Of a stretch of DNA of 64,000 nt, positions 10,595 through 21,200 are shown piece by piece. Where the stretch lies: the NCBI GenBank assembly GCA_963696385.1, contig CAVOKF010000007.1:928001-992000 (forward strand), written 5' to 3'. Origin of the DNA: an uncultured delta proteobacterium. Lineage in GTDB: Bacteria; Myxococcota_A; Polyangia; Polyangiales; Polyangiaceae. Position numbers and translations under genes: made by a program. The notes below the pieces were generated by a model that was not told the origin of the DNA, did not search any database, and saw nothing but the letters and a program-made list of their open reading frames with translations. How positions within the stretch are numbered: position 1 is the first letter of the stretch; each line of letters opens with the position of its first letter.

Positions 10595-11005
10595 ATGTCG
10601 GGCAATACGTCAGAACGCGGCTCGGAACTCGACTCCAAGGCCCGACTTCTCATCGTCGACGACGACGCCGCAATCGGGCGCGCCATCTCGCGCATTGTCC
10701 GAGCGCGGCACGACGTCGTCGTGCTCACGAGCGGTCGCGAGGCGATCGAACGCATCGCGGCGGGTGAGCGCTACGATGCGATTCTCTGCGACTTGATGAT
10801 GCCCGACGTGACCGGCATGGATGTCTACGAGCGGATTTCGGCCATCGACCCACCGAGCGCGCGCCGCATGATTTTTCTGAGTGGCGGAGCGTTCACCCGT
10901 CGCGCCGAGGAGTTCTTTCTTCGGATCGACAATCAGCGTGTGGACAAGCCATTCGATCGCGCGACTCTCCTCGCGGCGCTTGCCGCGGTGCTAGAAGGGA
11001 GCTGA
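10595..11005 (+). CDS. Stand-alone response regulator receiver domain
   Basis: LLIVDDD, ILCDLMMPDVTG (phosphoacceptor Asp), FLSGG, DKPF. Confidence 0.92.
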   Translation: MSGNTSERGSELDSKARLLIVDDDAAIGRAISRIVRARHDVVVLTSGREAIERIAAGERYDAILCDLMMPDVTGMDVYERISAIDPPSARRMIFLSGGAFTRRAEEFFLRIDNQRVDKPFDRATLLAALAAVLEGS

Positions 11006-11009
11006 TGCC

Positions 11010-11360
11010 ATGAATGCGACCCCGTTCTTCGTCGCGGCGCTCGCAACCCTGTCGATCTCTTGCAATGCCGAACGCAAAGGCGAGTGCGATCAACTTCTGT
11101 CGGCCCTGAAGCCTCTCGAGCACGAACCGGGCGAGGACGGCGTCGAGGGGGCCCGGCGCGCGATCGAAGCGATCCGATTTCAGGACGAACCGCTGCGCGA
11201 ATACGCATCGAGCGCGAAGTCGACGCTCACCGTTCTCGCCGAGACGCTGCGTACTCAGGCCGGCGATTCTGCGCCCGACGGAACCGACGACGTGGTCAAA
11301 GAAAAGCGCAAGGAAGCGCGAGGCGAAGTAAGAGAAGTGATCCGGTACTGCACGCCGTAA
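11010..11360 (+). CDS. Small putative lipoprotein
   Basis: Hydrophobic N-terminus followed by LSISC (lipobox-like); helical body; two further Cys. Confidence 0.6.
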   Translation: MNATPFFVAALATLSISCNAERKGECDQLLSALKPLEHEPGEDGVEGARRAIEAIRFQDEPLREYASSAKSTLTVLAETLRTQAGDSAPDGTDDVVKEKRKEARGEVREVIRYCTP

Positions 11361-11593
11361 AAAGTCGCCTGCAGTCCGCCCTCGGCTGCGGTCATCGGGA
11401 AGCCGCGTCGGTGGGGGGTGTGCTTGGCGGGCGTGTCGTTGTCTCACCCTTTTCGGGGAAGAGCGGTCGCAGCGACCCGATGCATCGTCTTGCGCCGTGC
11501 GGACGGCGAAAAGAAAACGCCGGGGGGCCGGCGCGAGCGCCGCCACGGCGCGCGCCCTCGGTTTGCGGCCGGCGCGTGATATAGCGTCCGCCC

Positions 11594-13120
11594 ATGCGAT
11601 CACGCGCGGTGTGCGTCGCGGCGTTGACGGTCGCTCTCACGACGCTCGCCGCGTGGCGGGCTATCTGCGTGCTGTCGGGTCCGGACATCGACACCGACGC
11701 CTACGCGCATCACATGATCGCCAGGGCCATCCTGGCCGATCCGCGAGACCTCGGGGTGCACTGGGTATGGCTGCCCCTATTTCATTATTTGCAGGTTCCT
11801 CTCGTGCTGCTCGGCGGGACGATGGACGACGTTCGCTGGGCCAACGTGGTCTTCGCCGCTGCGCTGCCGGCCGTCCTCTTCGTGTACGTGCGGCGAACGA
11901 GCGACGCCGCGATCGGACCGTTCGGCACATCGCCGAACGTCACCGCGCTCATGGCCGCGCTGCTGGCCGCGGCATGTCCCATCGCCATGCAAATGGGCAC
12001 GACCGCGCAGCCCGAATCGCTGTTCGCACTGACGACGCTCGCCACGGCCATCGCTTTTCAAGAGAGGCGCCACTGGCTTGCAGGTGCCATGCTCGGCGCC
12101 GGCGTCCTGCTGAGGTACGAAGCGTGGGCCTCGCTGCTGGCGGTCGCCGCGTTCGCATTCGTCGAACCGGCCTACAGGCGGCTCGGCCGGCTCGCCCCCG
12201 ACTGCGGAGCGAAGCGGGCGTGGGTTACCGTCGCGATCCCGGTCGGGCTTATCCTCGTCTGGGCCGTTTTGCGTCGCCCCGTCGACGGACGTTGGTTCGG
12301 CTTTCTGGGACAAACGCGCGCCTTCGCGACGGATGCGACCCACGAGGGCAGTTCGCTCGACGGAGGCGCTCTTGGACTCTTGGGCGACATTCTCCATTAC
12401 CCCGTATTCGTCCCCGCACGCGTCATGGGGCCCGCGCTCGCGCTCGTGCCTTTCGGCGTCGCACGGACGGTGCGCCAGCAAGGGGCCCGATTCGTAGCGG
12501 TGCAGCTCGCGTGCCTCGCGTTCGTGTCGCTGGCGTGGGTGATGCGTTCCACGCTCGGGCTCGACCGGCATTTCGTGGCCGTGAGCGCGGTGTACTCGAC
12601 CTTCGCCGCCCAGGGCTTGGCCACCCTCGCCGAGGCGACGATGCGGTTTTCGGGTCGCTTCATTCCGCCGCGCAGTGCCTCGTTCGTGGCTAGCGTCGCC
12701 GGATCTGCGCTCGCGATGTTTTCCCTCGCGGGCTTGTGCGTCTCGCTCGGTCTGTGGATGGGCTTCTGGCGGGAGTCGATCCAGCGCGGCTGGCCGGAGC
12801 GAATGGCCGTCGGCGACTACCTCCGATCGCTGCCTCCCGCGACGACAATTTTTTGCGACGACGCGACCGTCGAAATTCTGAGCCGGCTCGATCGCCGTCG
12901 CTTCGATCGGCATTGGATCGACGACCCCCACACCTGGGAAATCGTCCGGGAGGTCGCACGCGCACGGGGAGCGGCGTACATCGCAACCTGGAGTCGAAAG
13001 CTGCGCGGACACGACGACGCGGGAAGCGTGGTCTTCCGCTCGGGCGCCTCCGGAGACGACCCGAATTCCGGACTTGCCGTGATGCGCGTGGGCCCCGACT
13101 CAGGTCGCGCCTGGCGCTGA
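11594..13120 (+). CDS. Polytopic membrane protein, GT-C/ArnT-PMT-like glycosyltransferase
   Basis: DIDTDAYAH after TM1, VWLPLFHY, PESLF, LLRYEAW, LDRHF; about 11 TM segments plus a periplasmic tail. Confidence 0.65.
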   Translation: MRSRAVCVAALTVALTTLAAWRAICVLSGPDIDTDAYAHHMIARAILADPRDLGVHWVWLPLFHYLQVPLVLLGGTMDDVRWANVVFAAALPAVLFVYVRRTSDAAIGPFGTSPNVTALMAALLAAACPIAMQMGTTAQPESLFALTTLATAIAFQERRHWLAGAMLGAGVLLRYEAWASLLAVAAFAFVEPAYRRLGRLAPDCGAKRAWVTVAIPVGLILVWAVLRRPVDGRWFGFLGQTRAFATDATHEGSSLDGGALGLLGDILHYPVFVPARVMGPALALVPFGVARTVRQQGARFVAVQLACLAFVSLAWVMRSTLGLDRHFVAVSAVYSTFAAQGLATLAEATMRFSGRFIPPRSASFVASVAGSALAMFSLAGLCVSLGLWMGFWRESIQRGWPERMAVGDYLRSLPPATTIFCDDATVEILSRLDRRRFDRHWIDDPHTWEIVREVARARGAAYIATWSRKLRGHDDAGSVVFRSGASGDDPNSGLAVMRVGPDSGRAWR

Positions 13121-13154
13121 CGCGCGCTACTGAAAAGGGCTCGAACCGTCCCCA

Positions 13155-15095
13155 ATGCGTAGCCGAGCCCGAGCCACCCTCCCGCGCGCGGCGCTACGAC
13201 GGCTGCTGGCTCTGCGGCATCTTTTCGGTGCGGCGCGGGCGCCGATCGAATTTCAGATCCTCGGACGAGTCCTGCTGCAGGCCGCCCTGGTCGGCGCCGC
13301 GGCCGGCCTCTTGGGATCGCTGTTCTTTGCCGGCGTCGAGGCCTTCCAGCGTTTGGTTCTCGAGTCGTGGGTCGGCTATGCGCCGCTTCGCGCCGGTGGC
13401 GAGACGATTCTCGGAGAACTCCGGCAGCAAACGCCCTTTCGTCCCTGGCTACTGCTCGTGGTGCCCGCCGCAGGCGCCTTGCTCGGCGGGGCCATTTCCA
13501 CGTGGCTCGCTCCCGAGACGCGCGGAGGAGGCAGCGACGCCATCATCGAAGCATTCCATCAACGGCGGGGCATCGTTCGCAAACGGGTGGCTTTCGTCAA
13601 AGCCGTCGTGTCCATCCTGACGCTCGGCTCGGGCGGCTCCGGCGGTCGCGAGGGGCCCACGATGCAAATGGGCGGCGCGATCGGTTCGCTGGTCGGCCAA
13701 CTGCTGCACGCCACGGATCGCGAACGGCGCATCTTGTTGGTCGCCGGTACCGCGGCCGGAATGGCGGCTGTTTTCCGGACGCCGCTCGGCGCGGCCCTGC
13801 TCGCCGTCGAAGTCTTGCATCGCGACGACTTCGAGGCGGACGCGCTCGTTCCGAGCGTCCTGGCGAGCGTGGTGGCCTATTCCGTGTTCATCGCGTTCTT
13901 CGGCGAACAGACCCTGTTCGCTCACGCCCCGAGCTACCCCTTCGTCCCGGCTCACCTTCCGCTGTACGCCCTGCTCGCCGTGCTGGTGTCTGTCGTGGCC
14001 AGCACGTTCTTGTCGACTTTGCGTTGGGTCCAGACCGTGACTCGGAATCTGCCGGCTCCGGAATGGTCGAAGGCCGGATTGGGCGGCCTTGCCCTCGGAG
14101 TCTTCGCGACTCCGATCATCGTCTTGATCGGACCGCAAATCGGTCAGCCGGGGCAAGGGCTCGGCATTCTCGGCGGCGGCTACGGGGCGGCTCAGCTCGC
14201 GATCACCGGAGCCGATTGGTTTCCGCTCGGCTGGAAGGGCGTTCAGCTGCTCGTGCTGCTCGGCACCGTCAAGATGATAGCGACGTGCCTGACGGTCGGC
14301 AGCGGAGGTAGCGCTGGAGATTTTGGGCCGTCGCTCGTCATCGGAGGAATCTTCGGGGGCGCTTTCGGCCGTGCCGCCCAGACCCTTCTGCACGATCCGC
14401 GCATCCAGCCGGGAGCGTTTGCGCTCGTCGGAATGGGGGTGTTCTACGGCGGGCTGGCACACGTGCCGATCGCATCGCTCGTCATGACGTGCGAGCTCAC
14501 GGGCAGCTACGATCTACTCGTGCCGCTGATGTTCGCCGAAGGGATTGCGTTCGTGGCCCTACGACACCGTAGCCTGTACCACGCTCAAGTGGCGACCAAG
14601 CGGGACTCTCCCGCACACCGCGATGATCTCATCTTCGACGTGCTGACGGGGATGCGAGTCGCTGACGTCGTCGTGCGCGACCGCCCGTATTCGACCTTCA
14701 CCACGAGGACGCCGGCCGGTGAGGTGACGCAGAAGGCGGCTGCAGCCACGTGGCAGGATGTCTTCCCGGTCCTCGACGATCACGGCAAACTCGTGGGCCT
14801 CGTCCTGAGCGACGTGCTTCGCATGATCGCCGCGAATCCAGATATCGGCGACTTCGCGATTGCCCATGATCTCATGGTCCCCCCCGTCAGCGTGAACGAG
14901 ACCGACGATCTGCAGCGGGCGCTCGAAGCCATCCTGGAGCATGGTCTGCGCGAGATCGTCGTCGTGGGGCAAGGCGGACGGATTGTGGGCTTCCTCGACG
15001 AGGCAGAAATTACACGAGTGTACCACCGTGCGACCAACCGTCGCGAGACGTCTCGCCCGGATGACCCCCCGGATGACCCGGTGGCTCGAGCGTAG
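13155..15095 (+). CDS. ClC-family chloride channel / H+-Cl- antiporter with C-terminal CBS pair
   Basis: GGGSD, GSGGSGGREGPT, FRTPLGAALLAVE, GGSAGDFGPSL, ELTGSY; C-terminal CBS-like segments (FPVLDDHGKLVGLV, GRIVGFLDE). Confidence 0.92.
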   Translation: MRSRARATLPRAALRRLLALRHLFGAARAPIEFQILGRVLLQAALVGAAAGLLGSLFFAGVEAFQRLVLESWVGYAPLRAGGETILGELRQQTPFRPWLLLVVPAAGALLGGAISTWLAPETRGGGSDAIIEAFHQRRGIVRKRVAFVKAVVSILTLGSGGSGGREGPTMQMGGAIGSLVGQLLHATDRERRILLVAGTAAGMAAVFRTPLGAALLAVEVLHRDDFEADALVPSVLASVVAYSVFIAFFGEQTLFAHAPSYPFVPAHLPLYALLAVLVSVVASTFLSTLRWVQTVTRNLPAPEWSKAGLGGLALGVFATPIIVLIGPQIGQPGQGLGILGGGYGAAQLAITGADWFPLGWKGVQLLVLLGTVKMIATCLTVGSGGSAGDFGPSLVIGGIFGGAFGRAAQTLLHDPRIQPGAFALVGMGVFYGGLAHVPIASLVMTCELTGSYDLLVPLMFAEGIAFVALRHRSLYHAQVATKRDSPAHRDDLIFDVLTGMRVADVVVRDRPYSTFTTRTPAGEVTQKAAAATWQDVFPVLDDHGKLVGLVLSDVLRMIAANPDIGDFAIAHDLMVPPVSVNETDDLQRALEAILEHGLREIVVVGQGGRIVGFLDEAEITRVYHRATNRRETSRPDDPPDDPVARA

Positions 15096-15126
15096 ACGGT
15101 CGCCCGAGCGGGGCAGGCCAGCCATG

Positions 15127-15170
15127 TCGCGTGTGGGCTGCGTGTGGGTCGCCTGTGGCTCGCGTGTGGC
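15127..15170 (+). repeat. Four imperfect 11-bp direct repeats (consensus TCGCGTGTGGS) in the intergenic region upstream of the giant TPR gene
   Basis: tcgcgtgtggg / ctgcgtgtggg / tcgcctgtggc / tcgcgtgtggc, read directly from the sequence. Confidence 0.75.
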
Positions 15171-15297
15171 GCGTTGACGCACACGGCGAGGACCGATCGC
15201 GACGATAGCCATTCTTTTTCTCATTGGCGTTGCTTCCGAGTTACTCTTGTCGTGCCGGGCGGACGTGAGCTTCTTCGCCGTGGCAGCGAGAGCCACA

Positions 15298-18200
15298 ATG
15301 CAACAGCAACCGCCTCGGCAACGCGCAGTTGCCGCTCCGCAGCCGTCAGGTTCGTCGCCCGAGGCGAGGGCGGTCCATGAAGAGCGGCTGCTCGAGACGA
15401 TGCTGACGTCCTTGGTCCGAGGCGTCTTGCCCGCCGACGCGTGGGAGAAGGTCCATGCGTCGGCGCGCGACGAAGGACGAACGAGCGAGTTGGCGTTCGC
15501 GTTCGAGACGGTTGCCCAGGGCAAACGATTGAAAGCGGCTCCTCCTGCGTTCGGGGCCGAGTTTCTGTTCCAGACGGGTCGCTTCATCGCGGACGTGATC
15601 GGCGACGAAGCGAAAGCCGTGACGTACTTCGAGCGCGCCTTGGCGCTGTTTCCAGGCCACACGTCTGCGTTTGCACGAGCGGACGAGCTGCTGCGTCGTT
15701 CGCATCAGCTTCTGAGACTCGCGGAGCTTCATGCGAGCTCCGCTCAGCATCGGCCACGGTTCGAACAGCCCGCATTGCTGCGGCGTGCGACCGAACTGCT
15801 TCAAGAGGCGGGCGGCGCCGAGGAACGCCTCGTCGAATGGCTGCAACAGATCCTCCGGCTCGAGCCGGGCAACGAATATGCCCGCGCGGCGCTCGACCCC
15901 ATTCTTCTCAAGGCCAACCGGTTCCGCGACGTCGTCCGGATGAACGAGCAGGCGCTCGCATCGGAGCCGCCTCCGGACGCCGAAACGAAGCGTGCGCTGC
16001 TCGATCGCGTGCTCGAGCTGTACGCCGACAGGCTTCAGGAGCCCGAACGCGCACTGCCTCACGTCGAGCAATTGCTCGGCCTGGAGCCGAGTCACGACGG
16101 CGCGCGCCGCGTCGCGCACAAGCTCGTTCGAATCAAGGGGCTCGCGGGGCGCGCGGCCTCCGCCCTCGCTGGCGCGTACGAAGCGCTCGGCTCTCACCAG
16201 GAGGCCGCTCACTTCTTGTCGCTCGAACTCGAAAGCACGCGGGGACCCAAGCGGGCGCCTTTGCTCGACCGTCTCGGGCGCCTGAAACAGCGGATGGGAG
16301 ATCTCGCCGGAGCGTTCGAGGCTTTCGATCAAGCCCTTGCGATCGACCCCGTAGACGACGTGGCCGCCCGTTACGTCGCGCTGGCGCTCGAGCTGGGACG
16401 CCACGGCGACGCCGCGAAGACGCTCGGTCGGGTACTCGCCAGCGTCAAGGACCCGGTTTCCCGATCGAGGACAAGCGCGCTACTCGGCGAGGTCTTGCTG
16501 CGTGCTGGCGACGTGAAGCGGGCGACGCCCATGCTGGAAGGTGTGCTGGCGGCGTCGGACGCACCCGCGGACGCAGTCCTCGCGGCTGCGTATCTCTTGC
16601 ACGAAGTGCTCGACAACGGCCAGGACGCGCGCCGGCTCTGCGACGTGCTGGAAAGAATCGCAACCACGGAGCTCGATGCCGAACGACGCCGATCCGCCAA
16701 TGTGCGCATTTCGGAGTTGGCCGCGGAGCTATCGGACTTGCCGCGCGCCATTCGCGCGTACGAGCGACTCTTGGATACGAGTAGCCGGGCGGTTGCGCTG
16801 GAGGCGCTCGAACCTCTCTACGAGGCGACGGGCGATCCCCTGAAGCGCGCGCGCCTCCTCGAGGAGCGCGCGAAGGATGCCCCCGACGTGCAGGCACGAC
16901 GCGATCTCATGAAGGCCGCGGAGATTCGGGTCAAGGACGCCAGCGACCCGGCTGCGGGGACCGCGACCTGCGAGACCATCATCGCTCGATTCGGCGCCGA
17001 ACGAGACGTCCTGGCGTTGCTCGTTCCGTTGCTCGAGGCGCAACGCCTCTGGGGCGATCTCGCGAACGCGCTGGCCGGCCAGGTGTCTCTGGAGGACGGA
17101 CCGGTGCGCGCGCAGCTGCTCGCACGGCTGGGGGCTATCAAGCTGCAACGCTTGCACGACGTCCCGGGCGCGATCGGCGCGTTCGAGGCGGCACTCAGCT
17201 TCGATGCGCATGAGAGAACCGCGCGAATGACGCTCGAGAAGCTGGCGGCGTCGGGCAATCATCGGATCGACGCAGCGCGGGTGCTCGAACCGCTGTATCG
17301 CATCGAGGGCGCGCGGGGCCCGCTGCTCAGGACACTCGACTTGCGCGGCTCGCTCGCGCCTCGCGTCGATGACCGTCTCGGTGCGCTGCGGGAAGCGGCC
17401 GACCTGGCCGGGGGGGCCGGGTCCGCGGACGCGCTTCAAGCCGTCGACTTCGTCGCTCGTGGCCTCGCTCTGGCGGTGTCCCACGATCGTCCCGTCGGCG
17501 AGTGGCTCAAGCGGCTCGAACAGGTCACCGACCCACGAACCGACGCGACGCGACGCGCGGCGATTCTTGCTGGCGCGATCGGCGACCGGCCCGTCGACAA
17601 CGCCGAGATGAGCGTGCTCGCCAAGACGGCCGCCGAATCGCTCGACGCGAGCGGGGACGTTCCCTCGGCGATCGCGCTTCTTCGCCGAGCGCTCGCGTTT
17701 GAGCCACATTCCAACGAGCTTCTGGTTCGAATCGACGAGCTCTTGCGCGAGCAAGGCAGCGCGGGCGAGCGCATCGCGCTCTACCGAGCCACGCTCGAGC
17801 GTGCCAGCGGACCACGACGCCGCGACCTGTTGCACCGCATCGGGGGCATCCAGCGACACGACCTCGCCGACGTCGACGGCGCTGTCGCGACGTACCGGAC
17901 CGCGCTCGACGAGGACGCCGGTGACATCGATGCCCAGGTGGCCTTGGAGGAACTTTACTCGGGCGCCGGACGCTGGACGGACCTGTGCGAGTTGCTCGAG
18001 TGGCGTCTTCCGCAAACGAAAGGAGACGTCTCGCGCGGGTTGCACTCGAGACTCGCTCGGCTTTCCGCCGAGCACGGCGACCCCGAACGGGCGCGGATGC
18101 ACTGCATGCGCCTCCTCGACGACCCGGATCTGACCGGCGAGCATCTCGACTCCGTGCAGTGGGCGGCCGATCGGCTCGACGCGCCGGACATCTCGCGATC

Positions 18201-21200
18201 GCTGCTCCGGCGACGCGCCGAAGCGGCCGGCGACCCCCACGATGCCGTGATCTGGCTGGAGCGTCTCGGAGAGCTCGAGGTCGACAGCCGCGCGGACCCG
18301 CAGGCGGGCGCGGCCGCCTGGAAGCGAGCCGCCCAGATCGCCGAATCGAACGGCGACGACGACAAGGCGCTGACGCTGTTCGCGCGCACCCGCAAAGTGG
18401 CACCCGACGACGGCGAAGTGATCGCTCGTCTTGCGGCGCTTTGCGAGCGAGGCGGACACTGGGGACAACTGCCGCCGTTGTACATGGCGCTCGGCCATCA
18501 CTGCGCGGACGATGCCGAGCGCGTCGAGCTTTCGCTGCGAACGGCGAAGCTGCTCGCCGATCGGCTGGGGGACGTCGGTACCGCGGCGCGGCACGCGGGG
18601 CGAGCGTTCGAACTGGCTCCTACCCGTTCGGACGTACTCGGTGCGTTCGAGTCGCTCAGCTTCGCGGCCGGCGCACTGGACACTTTCGAACGCGCGGTCG
18701 ACGAGGCGTTGGCTCGTTCGGAGGACGAGATCCCCAAGGACGTCCGGGCACGTTTGACCCTTGCGCGCGCACGGGTGCACGCGAGCGATCCGGCGCGCGC
18801 CGACCTGGCTGCAGAGGTCTACCGCGACTTGCTGCAGGACGATTCACTTTCGGCCGAATCCCGCGCGGACGCGGTATCGGCCTTCGAGGCGCTCGTCACG
18901 GCGGACGAGAATTCTCCCGCTCGGCGCGCCGATCACGAATGGCTCCTCGAGTGGCGGGCCAGCCGGGCGCCCGAACACGATCGGGCCGCACGCATGCTCG
19001 ACTGGGCGAGCGCGGTCGAGACGAAGTTCGCCGACCCCGCGCGGGCGTTGGCTCTGCACAAGCGCCTCTTGGCAATTGACCCGGAGTCGGACGAGGCGCT
19101 CTCGGCGATCGCGCGGCTGGGACTCGCGACGGGCGCCACGGATCTTGCGCTATCGGCGATGCGCACGCGTCGCGATCGATCCGAAGGGCCGCAACGATTC
19201 GTCATCGAGCGCGAGATCGCGCACGTGCTGTTCTCGCGAACGACCCGGTGGGAAGAGGCTCTCGAGTCGCTCGCAGCCGTGCTGACGGAAGCGCCGGGCG
19301 ACCCCGATGCGCTCGCGCTGGCGACCCAGGCCCTGGCCGATTCGTCTGCGCGTGCGGGTGCCTTGGGCTTGTTGGAGCGCGCAGCCGAGGCCACCGACGA
19401 TTCGGCCGTCCGGCAACAGATTCTGGCGAGCTTGCTCGAAATACCGGCCGGCGCGGCGGACGACGTGCGTCGAACCGGATGGTTCGAGCGGCTCTGCGAC
19501 TTGCAGTTCGATGCGGGCCTGTCGACCGACGCGCGGGTCACCGCGATGAGAGCGGTGCGGGAGATCCCGCACGTGTCCCGGCTCTGGGACCGCGCCGAGC
19601 AGCTCGCGCGTGACGTGCCCGGCGCAGACAAGGACGTCGCGGCCGTCTATGAGGAAGTGCTCAATCGGCCCATTTCACCCGCTCTTGCGGTCGCCATCGG
19701 GGAGCGCGCCGTCCACTTTTACGAGGAATGGTTCGAGGATTCGGCACCCGTAGCGCGTGTCTTGGAGCGCGTCCTGAAGCTCGACCCGGGAGCGAACTGG
19801 GCATTCGACCGCTTGAAGCTCCTGCTCGACGCGGCCGAGCGCTGGGACGATCTCTTTACGCTCTACGACCAGGCCCTGCTGTCAGCGACCGGCAAGAGGC
19901 GAGCGGCTATCCTCGAAGATGCCGCGCAGACGGCCAAGGACTTCGCGGACCGTCCCGATCGCGCGACCGACTACCTCGAACAATTGCGCGAGCTTCGGCC
20001 ACACGATGCACGATTGTCCGGCGCGTTGGAGCGCCTCTATGAGCGTCAAGGCAAGCATCGCGAGCTCGTGACCCTTCTGTCGGCGCAGCTGCCGTCGCTC
20101 GACGGCGACGCGGCGCTGCGTTCCAGGGCGCGCGTCGCCACCCTCTGGCTCGAGGAGCTCGGCGACCCCGAAGAGGCCTTGAATTTCTTGGAGCCCTTGC
20201 TCGACAAAAGCGGCGCGACTTTCCCCCGGGCCGCGGCGTCGGCCTCGTGGAGGCTTCTCGAGCGAATCCTCGAGGCCGCTTCCCTCTCCCCGGATTCGGA
20301 GTCGATTTCGACGACTTCGCGGCGCGGGGCCGGTGCCACGGCACTGCGCACCGTTCGTCAACGTGCGGCCGCGTGGCTGGAGGATCACTACACGGCTGTG
20401 GGCAACGACGCGGAGCTCGCTCGTGTGCTTCTGGTCCGTCTCGAAGCCGTTCAGGAGCCGGGCGAGCGAGCGCTCTACCACGTTCGTATCGCCGATCTGT
20501 TCAAGAACGTGGGCGACGTCTCGAGCGCGCTCGACCAGACGGGCCGCGCCGTCGTGCTCGCACCGGGCGACGAAGCCCTGCGGGCCAAGATGACCGAACT
20601 TGCCGAGCGAACGGGCAAGCTCGAGCAACTGGCGACCGTGCTCGCCGCTGCCGCCGATGCCGCTGGCTACGGTCGCTTGCGCGTGGAGCTCGCACTTCGA
20701 GCGGCGAGTGTGCGCGCCGATCGCCTGGGAGACACGGCGGGCGCCATTTCCCTTCTCTCGTCGATCTTGGCCGAGCCCGGCGCGCGCGAGCCAGACGTGA
20801 TGGAGGCCGCTCGAAGGCTCGAGCCCCTTCTCGAGACCGCCGGGCGCCTCGGTGAGCAGCTCGATCTGCTGGAACGGATCGTCGCGATCGAGCCCGATCC
20901 GATCGTGCGACAGGAAGCGCTCGGACGCGCGGCCCGGCTGGCCGTTCATCTCGGACACGCGACGCGAGCGGTGGCCCTCTGGGAGACTCGCCTGGCTGCC
21001 GACGAGCGTGACCGCGAAGCCCTCGACGGACTGGTCGATCTGCTCGAGCTCGACGGTCACGGCGACCGACTCGCTAGGGTGCTCGAGTTGCGAGCCGCGT
21101 GCATGACGGACGCCTTGCTCCGCCGCAACGATCTTGCGCGCGCCGCCATGCTCTACGGCGACGTGCTCGATCGACCCAACCGAGGCATCGAGATCTGGCG

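Noticed and set aside
11361..11593. Possible riboswitch or ncRNA in a GC-rich intergenic region (CCCGAAAAGGG hairpin on the minus strand)
   Set aside because: No convincing match to the c-di-GMP, c-di-AMP (ydaO), TPP or SRP consensus by eye; an Rfam/Infernal scan would be needed.
15056..15082. Short CCGGATGACCC duplication at the end of the ClC gene
   Set aside because: A trivial PDDP-PDDP low-complexity tail with no sign of function.
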